DNA from: an uncultured Actinomycetes bacterium
Lineage (GTDB): Bacteria; Actinomycetota; Acidimicrobiia; IMCC26256; DASPTH01
Assembly: GCA_963809795.1 (NCBI GenBank)
Contig: CAWELN010000009.1
Coordinates: 322,994 to 386,993 of the forward strand
DNA length: 64,000 bases
Reading direction: 5' to 3'
Shown here: positions 49,078-57,923 of the stretch, in pieces
How positions within the stretch are numbered: the first letter of the stretch is position 1
Layout: each line of letters opens with the position of its first letter
Notes under the pieces: generated by a model
The model's input: the letters and a program-made list of their open reading frames with translations, nothing else
Databases searched by the model: none
What the model was told of the DNA's origin: nothing
Program-made: the position numbers and the translations under genes

Positions 49078-50412
49078 GCCCCGCCGCTCGTCGAGCGGTT
49101 CCACGATGAGGTGGGCGGCGGTGTCGAGGTCGGCGCCGTGGACGTCGGGCGCACCTTCGCGCTCGGCGACGGTGTCGAAGCCGAGGCGGCTCTCGTCGAG
49201 CACCCGCAGACCCGGGTAGCGGAGCAGCAGGAGCCCGATGCAGCCGCCGAGGAGCACCGCGGCCGCGACGACCGTCGCGCGCAGCCCGACCCACTCGGCC
49301 ACGATCCCGCCGACCAGCGCGCCGACGGGAGTGCCGGCGAAGAAGCTCATCACGTAGATCGACAAGACCCGGCCCCGATAGTGCTCGTCGACGTTCAGCT
49401 GCACCGCGGTCTGGCACGAGACCATGGCGAAGACCTGGGCCAGTCCGATGCCGAAGAGACCGAGGAGGGCGATCGCGTAGGCCGGCGCCAGCCCGAAGGT
49501 GATCTCGGCGGCGACGAACACCGCGAAGCCCAGCAGCGTGAGCGTCGAGCGGCGGACCGCGTCACCGCGCGCCACGGTGATGACCGAGCCGGTGATCGCG
49601 CCCACGCCGTACGCGGCGACGAGCAGCCCGTACTTCCCCGCGCCCTCGTGCAGCACCTGCCGGGTGAACGGCTCCGCCAACTGGATCATCGAGACGCCGA
49701 GCAGCGAGGAGAAGAGCGCGCCCAGGATCGCGACGACGAGCACCGCCCGTTTGCGCACGTAGCGGATGCCGTCGCGGAAGTGCGCCAGCACGCTGCCGGC
49801 GGCGGCGACCACGGTGACCGGGCGGGGCGCGATCATCAGCAGCGCGCCGATGACCAGCAGGAACGACAGCGCGTTCGCCATGAACGCGGTGCCGGGACCG
49901 AACTGGGCGAGCACCAGGCCGGCCAGCGCGGGGCCGAAGGCGCGGGCGCCGGTGAACTGCATGCCGTTGAGCCGCACCGCGCTGACGAGCGCCTCGGGCG
50001 GGACGAGCTGGGGCACGAACGCCTGCCAGGCGGCGATGGTGATCCCCGAGCCGATGGCGCCCACGATCACGCAGGCGACGATCAGCGCCGGCGACGACGT
50101 GCCGCCCACCCAGACGGCCCAGAGCGCCAGCGCGCTCGCCATCATCACGACCTGGGACACGAGCAGCACCGTGCGGCGCGAGTAGCGGTCGGCGAGCGAC
50201 CCGGCCAGCGGACCGACCACGGTGGCCGGGAAGAAGGTGCAGAACGCGCCGAGGCCGACCCAGACCGTCGAGTGGGTCAGCTGGTCGAGGACGAACGGCA
50301 CGGTGATGGTCTGCATCCACGTGCCGGTGTTCGAGACGAGGGCGGCGGAGAAGAAGAGGGCGAAGTCGCGGTGGCGCATCGCTGCCAGCGCGCCGCCCCC
50401 GTCCCCCGTCAC
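49075..50412 (-). CDS. MFS transporter
   Basis: 445 aa with about 12 hydrophobic segments. Motif GSLADRYSRR in loop 2-3. Confidence 0.9.
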   Translation of the reverse strand: MTGDGGGALAAMRHRDFALFFSAALVSNTGTWMQTITVPFVLDQLTHSTVWVGLGAFCTFFPATVVGPLAGSLADRYSRRTVLLVSQVVMMASALALWAVWVGGTSSPALIVACVIVGAIGSGITIAAWQAFVPQLVPPEALVSAVRLNGMQFTGARAFGPALAGLVLAQFGPGTAFMANALSFLLVIGALLMIAPRPVTVVAAAGSVLAHFRDGIRYVRKRAVLVVAILGALFSSLLGVSMIQLAEPFTRQVLHEGAGKYGLLVAAYGVGAITGSVITVARGDAVRRSTLTLLGFAVFVAAEITFGLAPAYAIALLGLFGIGLAQVFAMVSCQTAVQLNVDEHYRGRVLSIYVMSFFAGTPVGALVGGIVAEWVGLRATVVAAAVLLGGCIGLLLLRYPGLRVLDESRLGFDTVAEREGAPDVHGADLDTAAHLIVEPLDERRG

Positions 50413-50454
50413 GGCGCGAATCTATCGGCGGGGCGGAAACGAACGCCTGTTCGC

Positions 50455-50460
50455 TAACAT
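50455..50460 (+). promoter_or_regulatory. -10-like TAACAT, 6 nt upstream of GTG 50467 (leaderless-type)
   Basis: TANNNT followed by ggtgtc and then GTG. Confidence 0.4.
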
Positions 50461-50466
50461 GGTGTC

Positions 50467-51102
50467 GTGGTTCCCGGCCAGCGTTCGCTCTTCGCCGCCG
50501 GCGTGCCGCTGATCGACCGCGACGCCACCTGGGAGCGGGTCGATCTCGGCGACGGCAGCTGGATCGACGTCGCCCGCGACTACCTCCGGGGCGCCGACAC
50601 CGTGCTCGACGACCTGGTCGACACGGTGCCGTGGCAGTCGGGGCGCCGGTTCATGTACGACCGCATGGTCGACGACCCGCGCTTGTCGCACCGCTACGCC
50701 GGCGTCCGCGAGGTCCCGCACCCGGTGCTGGCCGAGGTGCGAGCCGAGCTCGTCGACCGCTACCGAGTGCCCCTCGGCGCGCTCGCGCTCAACTTCTACC
50801 GCGACGGTCGCGACAGCGTGGCGTTCCACCGCGATCGCGAGCTGCGCGAGCTCGACGACACCGTGGTGGTGATCCTCACCCTCGGCGCGCGCAGGCCGTT
50901 CCGGGTCCGCCCGTTCGGTGTGCGCGGCGCCCGGTCCCGCGACCTCGCGCCGGGATCGGGCGACGTGCTGGTGATGGGTGGCACCTGCCAGCGCGAATGG
51001 GAGCACGGCGTGCCCAAGGTCGCGTCGGCCGGTCCGCGCGTCTCCGCCATGTGGCGTTGGGCCGACCGCCCGACGCCGGAGGCGCCCGCGGTCACCCCGT
51101 AG
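50467..51102 (+). CDS. AlkB-like 2OG-Fe(II) dioxygenase
   Basis: ALNFYRDGRDSVAFHRDRE (HxD) ...GDVLVMGG.CQREWEHGVP...RVS pattern. 211 aa. Confidence 0.8.
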   Translation: MVPGQRSLFAAGVPLIDRDATWERVDLGDGSWIDVARDYLRGADTVLDDLVDTVPWQSGRRFMYDRMVDDPRLSHRYAGVREVPHPVLAEVRAELVDRYRVPLGALALNFYRDGRDSVAFHRDRELRELDDTVVVILTLGARRPFRVRPFGVRGARSRDLAPGSGDVLVMGGTCQREWEHGVPKVASAGPRVSAMWRWADRPTPEAPAVTP

Positions 51103-51106
51103 GCGT

Positions 51107-51864
51107 TCACGGCTGCACCGCGACGGTCGTCGTGGTCGTCGGTGCGGGAGGCGCGGTCGTCGTCGGTGCGGGAGGCTCGGTGGTCGGTGGCACCACCACG
51201 GGTGGCGCGGTCACCGCCGGCTCCTCGGGTGTGGTGTCGACGGGCGGCGGCGTCGTGGTCGGGGGCGCGGTGGTGGTCGGGGCGAGGGTGGTGGTCGTCA
51301 GCGTGGTCGTGGAGGTCGTGCTCGACGTGCTCGTGCTCGCCGGCCGCGTCGACGCGGTGGCGCTCACGCCCTGCACCTTCACCTTGGGGTTCCCCGGACC
51401 GTCGTCTCCCGTCGCCAGCACCGCGTAGGCCACGCCCCCCAGCCCGAGCACCAGCAGCGCGGCGACGGCCGCGACCACGCCCCGGGCCCCGCGGCGCGGC
51501 CCCCGGTCGATGGGCGCCCGCCGGACGGTGGCGCCCGCGCCGACCCCGCCCGGCGCGTCGTCGAAGAGCGAGGTGTCGGCGGCCGGATCGGCGGCCGCCG
51601 CGGCCGCCACCCATGCGCCGTCGTCCGCATGCGGCGGTGGAGGGGCCGCGGCGTCGGCGCCGAAGAGCGCGGCGGCAACGCTGGGTCGTCGTCGGCGTGG
51701 ACACCGGTGGGGCCGGCGGCGGACGGCTCGGCGCCGAACAACGCGTCGTCGAGTGCGTCGTCGCGGTCGGTCGTCCCCGGGAGCCGGACGACCGGGTTCG
51801 GCGCGGTGTCCTCGCCGAAGAGCGCGTCGTCGAGGCCGGAGGCCTCGGGATCGTCGGGGGACAC
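51107..51864 (-). pseudogene. single-pass membrane protein with N-terminal (D)ALFG repeats and a Thr/Pro-rich ectodomain; 1-nt deletion near 51683-51685
   Basis: GTG lies 8 nt after the mca stop. LDDALFGED, LDDALFGAE, AALFGAD and SLFDDAPGG repeats, then TM segment VVAAVAALLVLGLGGVAYAVL, then TTSTTTLTTTTLAPTTTAPPTTTPPP. Length is 3n+2. Confidence 0.55.
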
Positions 51865-51872
51865 CGGCGCGC

Positions 51873-52781
51873 TCAGGAGCTCGCCGCGACCCGGAGCCCT
51901 GCGAACAGGTCGGTCTCGTACTCGCCATCGGCGGTACCGGTGTCGACCAACGTTCGCGCCAGCACGTACTCCTCCCATGGGTGGCGCTCCTGCGTCACCT
52001 CGAGCGGCACCCGGAAGAAGAAGCTGTCGCTCGGCACCTGGGTGTGGTGCGCGAGCAGCGCGTCGCGCGCGACGTCGAGGTGCTCGCGCACATCGATCCG
52101 GGTGGTGGGACGGTCGTCGGGCGCGTCGCTGGCGGCCTCCGACTCGATGCGCTCGATCCACTTGGTGAACGGGCTCTCCTCGCCCTGCTCCACGAACCAC
52201 TCGTGCATCGACGAGATGCGCTCGCGGGTGAACCCGCTCGTGTAGTAGAGCTTCAACGGCTGCCACGGGGCGCCGAGCTCGGGGTACCAGTCGGGGTCGC
52301 CGGCCCGCTCGAAGGCGAGCACCGTGATCTCGTGCACGCGTACGTGATCGGGGTGCGCGTACACGCGGTCGCGCCCGTAGCCGATCAGCACCTGCGGCCG
52401 CTCGGAGCGGATGATCTCCACCAGGCGCCCGACGGCCTCGTCGAGGTCGGCGTTGGCGAAGTTGTCGGGGTGCGCGTTCGCCTCGGTGTCGGGCATGCCC
52501 GAGTCGCGGTAGCCGAGCAGGTACAGCGCGTCGAACCCGATGATGCGCACCGCGTCGTCGAGCTCGCGGCGGCGGACCGCGGCGAGGTCGGCCCGGACCT
52601 CCTCGGAGTCGGCCTCCGGGTTCAGGATGTCGCCCGCCTCGCCGCCGGTGCACGTCACCAGCACGGTCCGGACGCCCTCGGCCCCGTACCGGGCCATGGT
52701 GGCCGCACCCTTGGACGCCTCGTCGTCGGGGTGGGCGTGCACCGAGAGCACCCGCAGCGCGGCCGGGGGCGTGGGATCCAT
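51873..52781 (-). CDS. mca: mycothiol conjugate amidase (Mca; LmbE/PIG-L family)
   Basis: LSVHAHPDDEASKGAATMARY...AHPDH...DLFAG. Colinear by recall with M. tuberculosis Mca. 302 aa. Confidence 0.8.
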   Translation of the reverse strand: MDPTPPAALRVLSVHAHPDDEASKGAATMARYGAEGVRTVLVTCTGGEAGDILNPEADSEEVRADLAAVRRRELDDAVRIIGFDALYLLGYRDSGMPDTEANAHPDNFANADLDEAVGRLVEIIRSERPQVLIGYGRDRVYAHPDHVRVHEITVLAFERAGDPDWYPELGAPWQPLKLYYTSGFTRERISSMHEWFVEQGEESPFTKWIERIESEAASDAPDDRPTTRIDVREHLDVARDALLAHHTQVPSDSFFFRVPLEVTQERHPWEEYVLARTLVDTGTADGEYETDLFAGLRVAASS

Positions 52782-52848
52782 GGCGCCCCACGCTACCGCC
52801 GGTCGCGATCGGGCCCGGGCCCGTGGTCGCGGGGATCTCCGGTCCCGC

Positions 52849-52878
52849 TTGACACGTCAAGCAGTCGCTACCTATACT
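52849..52878 (+). promoter_or_regulatory. near-consensus sigma-70-type promoter: TTGACA, 18-nt spacer, TATACT
   Basis: -35 at 52849-52854 lies inside the palindrome TTGAC-ac-GTCAA. -10 at 52873-52878. GGAG RBS at 52914-52917 precedes ATG 52923. Confidence 0.55.
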
Positions 52879-52922
52879 TCTTGGAGCGTCACCCCCCCAT
52901 CCACATTCCGACTGGAGCCACC

Positions 52923-53210
52923 ATGGCCACCAAGACCTCCGACCCCACCGCGGTGTTCACCGACGCCGTCCTCGCCGGCGTGAAGCAGACCCAGGAGCTG
53001 GCCTTCAGCGGCATCAGCCTCTGGATCGACTTCGCCGGCAAGGCGTTCACCATGCCCGAGCTCGACTCGCTGCCGTTCGCGGACCAGCTCCCCAGCGCGA
53101 AGGCCGTCGTCGAGTCCAGCTTCGGCTTCGCCGAGGAGCTGCTCGGCACGCAGAAGGACTTCGCGATCAAGGTCGTCGACGCCGTCACGCCCAAGAAGGC
53201 GGCGGCCTGA
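52923..53210 (+). CDS. small conserved-looking helical protein (95 aa); phasin-like role is only a guess from context
   Basis: MATKTSDPTAVFTDAVLAGVKQTQELAFSG... Bracketed by a strong promoter, an RBS and a downstream hairpin. Confidence 0.6.
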   Translation: MATKTSDPTAVFTDAVLAGVKQTQELAFSGISLWIDFAGKAFTMPELDSLPFADQLPSAKAVVESSFGFAEELLGTQKDFAIKVVDAVTPKKAAA

Positions 53211-53221
53211 CCGACCGACTG

Positions 53222-53259
53222 TGCGTTCCCGGCCCGGTTCCCCCCACCGGGCCGGGACG
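53222..53259 (+). terminator. GC-rich stem-loop (14 bp with one bulge) 12 nt after the stop; no clear U-tract
   Basis: GCGT-t-CCCGGCCCGG ttcccccca CCGGGCCGGG-ACGC. Confidence 0.45.
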
Positions 53260-53300
53260 CAGTCCTTCCCTCCACCGCGTCCCCCTACCTTCCCTGGCCC

Positions 53301-53711
53301 GTGGCTGATCCCTTCGCCGACGGCGAACGTCGCGCGCGCGACGACCAGCTCCACTCGCTCGGTGCCTTCATCCGGGCGCAGCGGCAGCTGGCCAACCTCT
53401 CGCTCCGCCAGATGGCCGAGCTCGCGCACGTCTCCAACCCGTACCTGAGTCAGCTCGAGCGCGGTCTGCACGAGCCGTCGGTCCGGGTGCTGCAGTCGAT
53501 CAGCCGCGCCCTCAACCTCTCCGCCGAGACGCTGCTCGCGCACGCCGGAGTCGCCGATGCCGCCGACGACGGCGAGCCGGCCGACACCGTCGACACCGAG
53601 GCCGCCATCCGGCGCGACCCGGCGCTCGACGACGATCAGAAGCAGGCCCTGCTGTCGGTCTACCGCAGCTACGTCCAGGCCAGCACGGCCGACCGTCGCA
53701 ACCGCCGGTAG
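53301..53711 (+). CDS. XRE-family helix-turn-helix transcriptional regulator
   Basis: LSLRQMAELAHVSNPYLSQLERGLHEPSVRVLQSISRAL. GTG start. 136 aa. Confidence 0.8.
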   Translation: MADPFADGERRARDDQLHSLGAFIRAQRQLANLSLRQMAELAHVSNPYLSQLERGLHEPSVRVLQSISRALNLSAETLLAHAGVADAADDGEPADTVDTEAAIRRDPALDDDQKQALLSVYRSYVQASTADRRNRR

Positions 53712-53717
53712 CCGGCG

Positions 53718-55460
53718 TCAGCTCCGCACGTAGCGACCCGGCGCGTCGTCCGTCGCCGGGTGCTGTTCGCTGCCGATCGTCGGTGGGGTGCGGAGCGCGC
53801 CGCCGCGGTCGGCCAGCCACGTCGCCCAGTCGCTCCACCAGGTGTCGCGGCTTTCGACCGCACCCGCCCGCCACTCGTCCGCGTCGCGCGGGAGCTCGTC
53901 GTTCGTCCAGAGCCGCACCTTCGGGCCCGGCGGGCTCACGATGCCGGCGATGTGGCCCCCCGACGTCATGACGAAGCGGACCGGCCCCTTGAACAGCTGT
54001 GTCGTCCGGTAGGACACGTGCCAGGGAACGATGTGGTCGTCGGCGCCGGCCACGATGTAGGAGTCGGTCCCGATCTCCGACAGCATCAGCCGCTCCCCCA
54101 TCGCCTCGTACTCGTCGCGCGCCAGCGCGTTCTCGAGGTAGGCACGCCGCAGGAACTCGGCGTGGGCGCGGCCGGGCAGGTTCGTGCTGTCGGCGTTCCA
54201 CGCCAGGAGGTCGAACGCCGGCGGCGGCTCACCCATCAACCAGCTGTCGACGACGTAGCGGAACACGAGGTCGTTGGCGCGCAGCAGGTCGAAGGTACGG
54301 GCGATGTCCTTGCCCGGGAGGTAGCCGTGCCGTTCCATCCGCCGCGTCAGGCTGTCGAGCGTGGCGGGGTCGGCGAACACCGTCGCCAGCGATCCCGCGT
54401 CCTCGTAGTCGACCGCGCAGTTCAGGTAGGTGGCCGAGTGCACGAAGTGATCGCCGCACGCATCGAGGTACGCGACGGCCATGGCGGTCATGGTGCCCCC
54501 GAGGCAGATCGAGAGGGTGTTCACCGTCTCGCTGTCCGCGATCTCGCGCACCACGTCGATGGCGGTCAGCGGCCCGAGACGCAGGTAGTCGTCGAAGGTG
54601 AGGTCGCGCATCGACGCGTCCGGGTTCCGGAAGCTCACCGCGAAGGTGGTGTGGCCGCGCTCGACCGCCCACTGCACGAGGCTCTTCCCCGGCGCGAGGT
54701 CGGCGATGTAGTAGCGGTTGATCCAGGGCGGCACCACGAGCAGCGGGCGCTCGTACACCTCGTCCGTCGTCGGGTGGTACTGGAGCACCTCGATGAGCTC
54801 GTTGCGGAACACGACCCGCCCCGGCGTGGCCGCGACGTTGCGGCCGAGCACGAACGGCGAGCGGTCCACCTGCCGGGGCCAACCGTCGTTGCGCGCCAGG
54901 TCGTGCAGGTAGTTGCGCAGGCCGCGCACGATGCTCGTGCCGCCGGTCTCGAACGCGCGCTTCAACGCGCGCGGGTTGGTGAGCAACAGGTTGGTGGGTG
55001 CGAGCGCGTCGCCGAGCAGCGATGCCGCGAACTCCGCCTTCGGGCCCTCCGGTGCCGGCAGGCCCGCCGCCTCGACCAGCTCGCGCAGCAGCCGGTTGGT
55101 GAGGAGGTACGCCTGCAGGAGGCCGTGGAACGCGATGTTGTCCTGCCAGGTGGGGTCGCGGAAGCGGGCGTCGCCGGGTGCGGGCTGGATCACCTCGGGT
55201 AACGGGACCCCGACGGCGCGGGTGACGAGCTGCGTACCGGTCATGCCGAGGCCGACGCCGTACCGCAGCCACGCGGGGACCGAGTGCAGCGGGCGGCGCG
55301 CCGCGCGCCGCATGGCGCCCAGGTAGCTGCGACCGAGCGAGACGGGGTCGGCGGTGTCGATGGCCGCCTCGGTCGCACCGAGGACGTCACCGAGCGGAGT
55401 GCCCTCGACGACCCGGCTCTCCAACCGGCCGAATCCCGTCTCGTCCACCACGAGCGTCAC
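53718..55460 (-). CDS. phaC: class I poly(R)-hydroxyalkanoate synthase
   Basis: 580 aa. RFRDPTW, PPWINRYYIADL, the lipase-box-like SICLGG with catalytic Cys, and DHIVPW. Confidence 0.9.
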   Translation of the reverse strand: MTLVVDETGFGRLESRVVEGTPLGDVLGATEAAIDTADPVSLGRSYLGAMRRAARRPLHSVPAWLRYGVGLGMTGTQLVTRAVGVPLPEVIQPAPGDARFRDPTWQDNIAFHGLLQAYLLTNRLLRELVEAAGLPAPEGPKAEFAASLLGDALAPTNLLLTNPRALKRAFETGGTSIVRGLRNYLHDLARNDGWPRQVDRSPFVLGRNVAATPGRVVFRNELIEVLQYHPTTDEVYERPLLVVPPWINRYYIADLAPGKSLVQWAVERGHTTFAVSFRNPDASMRDLTFDDYLRLGPLTAIDVVREIADSETVNTLSICLGGTMTAMAVAYLDACGDHFVHSATYLNCAVDYEDAGSLATVFADPATLDSLTRRMERHGYLPGKDIARTFDLLRANDLVFRYVVDSWLMGEPPPAFDLLAWNADSTNLPGRAHAEFLRRAYLENALARDEYEAMGERLMLSEIGTDSYIVAGADDHIVPWHVSYRTTQLFKGPVRFVMTSGGHIAGIVSPPGPKVRLWTNDELPRDADEWRAGAVESRDTWWSDWATWLADRGGALRTPPTIGSEQHPATDDAPGRYVRS

Positions 55461-55518
55461 CCCCTTGAGACTCTGGGGGCATCATCGCGCCGATCGGGCG
55501 CTTGGCGCGTCGAGCGCG

Positions 55519-55980
55519 TTACGCGACGATGACGTTCGGGCGGTCGAAGCCCTGGGCCTCGCACAACGCGTAGTAGGCGGCCAGGGAGCCTGCGCCATCG
55601 GTGACCGACTCGACCGAGCCATCGGGGGCCAGGTTGAGGTTCACGCCGTACATGTGGAACCACACCCGGGTGTCGGCCTCGATGCACGTGAGCGTGTGCA
55701 CCGACCCCGCCGGCTCGTAGAGGAACGACCCGGCCCGGTTCACGTAGTCGTACTCCTTGTACTTCCACGCGCCCGAGCTGGTGTAGCCCCACACCGGGCC
55801 GGTGTGGCGGTGCTTCTGCACCTCGTAGCCGGCCTGGAAGATGTTCTCGACGATCCAGAGCCCTTCCTTCTCGTCGACGTGGAGCACCTTGAGCTTGTTG
55901 CCGTCGCCGATCTCGACGAAGGGCAGGTCGTCGGCGCCGAGGTGCAGCGCCTCGGGCGCTCCGGTGTCGGTCATGGCCAT
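55519..55980 (-). CDS. cupin, 2,4'-dihydroxyacetophenone dioxygenase (DAD)-family
   Basis: 153 aa. QKHRHTGPVWGYTSSGAWKY..Y....GSFLYEPAGSVHTL pattern. Confidence 0.75.
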   Translation of the reverse strand: MAMTDTGAPEALHLGADDLPFVEIGDGNKLKVLHVDEKEGLWIVENIFQAGYEVQKHRHTGPVWGYTSSGAWKYKEYDYVNRAGSFLYEPAGSVHTLTCIEADTRVWFHMYGVNLNLAPDGSVESVTDGAGSLAAYYALCEAQGFDRPNVIVA

Positions 55981-55983
55981 GGG

Positions 55984-56515
55984 TCAGTCCTCCTGGAGCG
56001 TGAACGAGAAGTCGGAGTAGGTGATGTCGGTCCGGTCGCGGGCGCCGAGCGTCCACCCCGTCTCGAACCTGAATCCTCGCGCGGGATCGAACGGCACGGT
56101 GACCGTCCAGTCGAAGGCGCACACCCGGGCGGCGATCCGCCATGCCCCCGACCGGCACTCGAAGCGGTCGACGTAGCGCAGCCCGAGCACCATGTCGGTC
56201 TGCTGCCCGTCGTCGTCCGGCCGGCTGACGTGGTGCGCGACGCAGTAGGTGTCGACCCGGGCGACGTCACCGTCGCGCCGCACCCGGGGCGCGCCGACGA
56301 AGTGCATGGTGGCCTCGAAGTGCGGCAGCGTGTCGACCACCCACTTCGCGAACTCGGTGCCGGTCCCCCGGAACACGTTGTGGTCGTCGGTGCCGTCGGG
56401 GTGGTAGCACGACGCCATCAGCTCGGCGTCGAGGCGGTCGGTACCCCGGGCCAGGTCCTTCACGACGTCGCCGATCTCCTCGCGCGAGCAGGTCGTCGAC
56501 CGTGAGACCGCCCAT
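55984..56515 (-). pseudogene. SnoaL/NTF2-like protein (ring-hydroxylating dioxygenase beta-subunit fold) with a +1 indel near 56480-56488
   Basis: The ATG lies 6 nt after the Rieske gene stop. MGGLTVDDLLA is in one frame and EEIGDVVKDLARGTDRLDAELMASCYHPDG... in the next. Length is 3n+1. Confidence 0.7.
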
Positions 56516-56521
56516 CGCCGG

Positions 56522-57832
56522 TCAGCTGTCCTCGGGCCCGATCCCCAGGAACGCCTCGAGCGTGCGGTGCAGGTTGACCACGCGGCACTCCTCGGTCGGC
56601 GAGACCGTGAGGTGCGTGAACCCGGGCTGGTGCAGCCCGCGTTGCGTGCGCGCGAAGTTGCCGACGTCCTGGTTGAGCACGAGCCCGAACGGCGGGTCGG
56701 CATCGGGTGGGAGGAGCGCGTCGAACGGCTTCGTCCTTGGCGCGTCGGCCTGCTGCACGCGCGTGAACGCGAACACGTCCATGAACGCCTCTTCGACGTG
56801 CGTGCCCGGACGCGCCCGCACGACGGAGAGCATGTCGGCGAACACGAGCACCGTGATGTTGGGGAACAGGTTGTACTGCTCCATGTCGAGCACGTGGTGA
56901 TCGCTGTACGACGAGAGGTCGATGCCCTGCTCGCGGTTCACGTCGCGCACCATGCGCGCCAGCATCCCGCGGAGCGTGTCGCCCTCGGGGATGGGGGGCA
57001 TGGGGGCGGCGCGGTCCTCCACGCCGATGCGGCCGCCCATCACCTCCACGAACGACGCGAACACGTCCTCGTCGCCGCCGGGGCGGCCCTGGCGCGGCGA
57101 CGGCAGGCCGTACGACTGCACCAACCGGCCGTGACGCGGCCAGATCACCTGCGGGCCGTTGACGTCGTCGGCCATGCCGAGCATCTCGCGGTGGATGCCC
57201 TGCACGTGGTACGTCTCGCTGAAGCCCTCGATGAGCGTCTTCCAGTTGCAGTCGGCGCGCACCGAGATCAGCGCCTGGCCACGGAACTCCTCCAGGTGGG
57301 CCCACGCGGTCTCGGCCGGGACCGGGTCGAGGAACTCGTCGAGCGGGCCGGCCTCGGGGTCGAGGTTCACGAACACCATCGGGCCCCAGGTGTCGACCTG
57401 CACGCCGATGAGCGGGTAGTCGTCGTTGAGGACGCCGAACTCACGCCGTGACGGCACCTCGCGCAGGCGGCCGTCGAGCCCCCACGTCCACCGGTGGAAC
57501 GGGCAGCGGATCTCGGCCAGGTCGGCGCCCGAGCCGCTGCACAGCTCGCTGCCGCGGTGGAGGCACACGTTCTGGAACGCCCGCAGGATGCCGTCGTCGC
57601 CGCGGACGATCAGCACCGAGATCCGCCCGATGCGGTACTCGTGCCAGTCGCCCGGGCGCGCCACGTGGTCCACGGTGCAGGCCAGTTGCCAGGCGCGCGG
57701 CCACACCTCGGTCATCTCGCGCTCGAAGAACTCCGGCGACGTGTAGCGCGCCACCGGGATCTTCACCGGGGTGACGCGCTCGCGTCCGACCGGAGTCTCG
57801 AGCAGCATGTCGGCGGATGGCTCGGGGCTCAT
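56522..57832 (-). CDS. Rieske [2Fe-2S] aromatic-ring-hydroxylating oxygenase alpha subunit
   Basis: CLHRG-X17-CPFHRW Rieske motif and a catalytic-domain pattern (...ETYHVQGIH...). 436 aa from MSPEPSADM. Confidence 0.85.
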   Translation of the reverse strand: MSPEPSADMLLETPVGRERVTPVKIPVARYTSPEFFEREMTEVWPRAWQLACTVDHVARPGDWHEYRIGRISVLIVRGDDGILRAFQNVCLHRGSELCSGSGADLAEIRCPFHRWTWGLDGRLREVPSRREFGVLNDDYPLIGVQVDTWGPMVFVNLDPEAGPLDEFLDPVPAETAWAHLEEFRGQALISVRADCNWKTLIEGFSETYHVQGIHREMLGMADDVNGPQVIWPRHGRLVQSYGLPSPRQGRPGGDEDVFASFVEVMGGRIGVEDRAAPMPPIPEGDTLRGMLARMVRDVNREQGIDLSSYSDHHVLDMEQYNLFPNITVLVFADMLSVVRARPGTHVEEAFMDVFAFTRVQQADAPRTKPFDALLPPDADPPFGLVLNQDVGNFARTQRGLHQPGFTHLTVSPTEECRVVNLHRTLEAFLGIGPEDS

Positions 57833-57923
57833 GCTTCCCCGCTCTCGGCGCCAGCTCGATGGCTCGCTCTCTGCGTCCCGGGATACCCGGAACGCGGCCG
57901 TTCGCTCGCGTGCACCACTCCGC

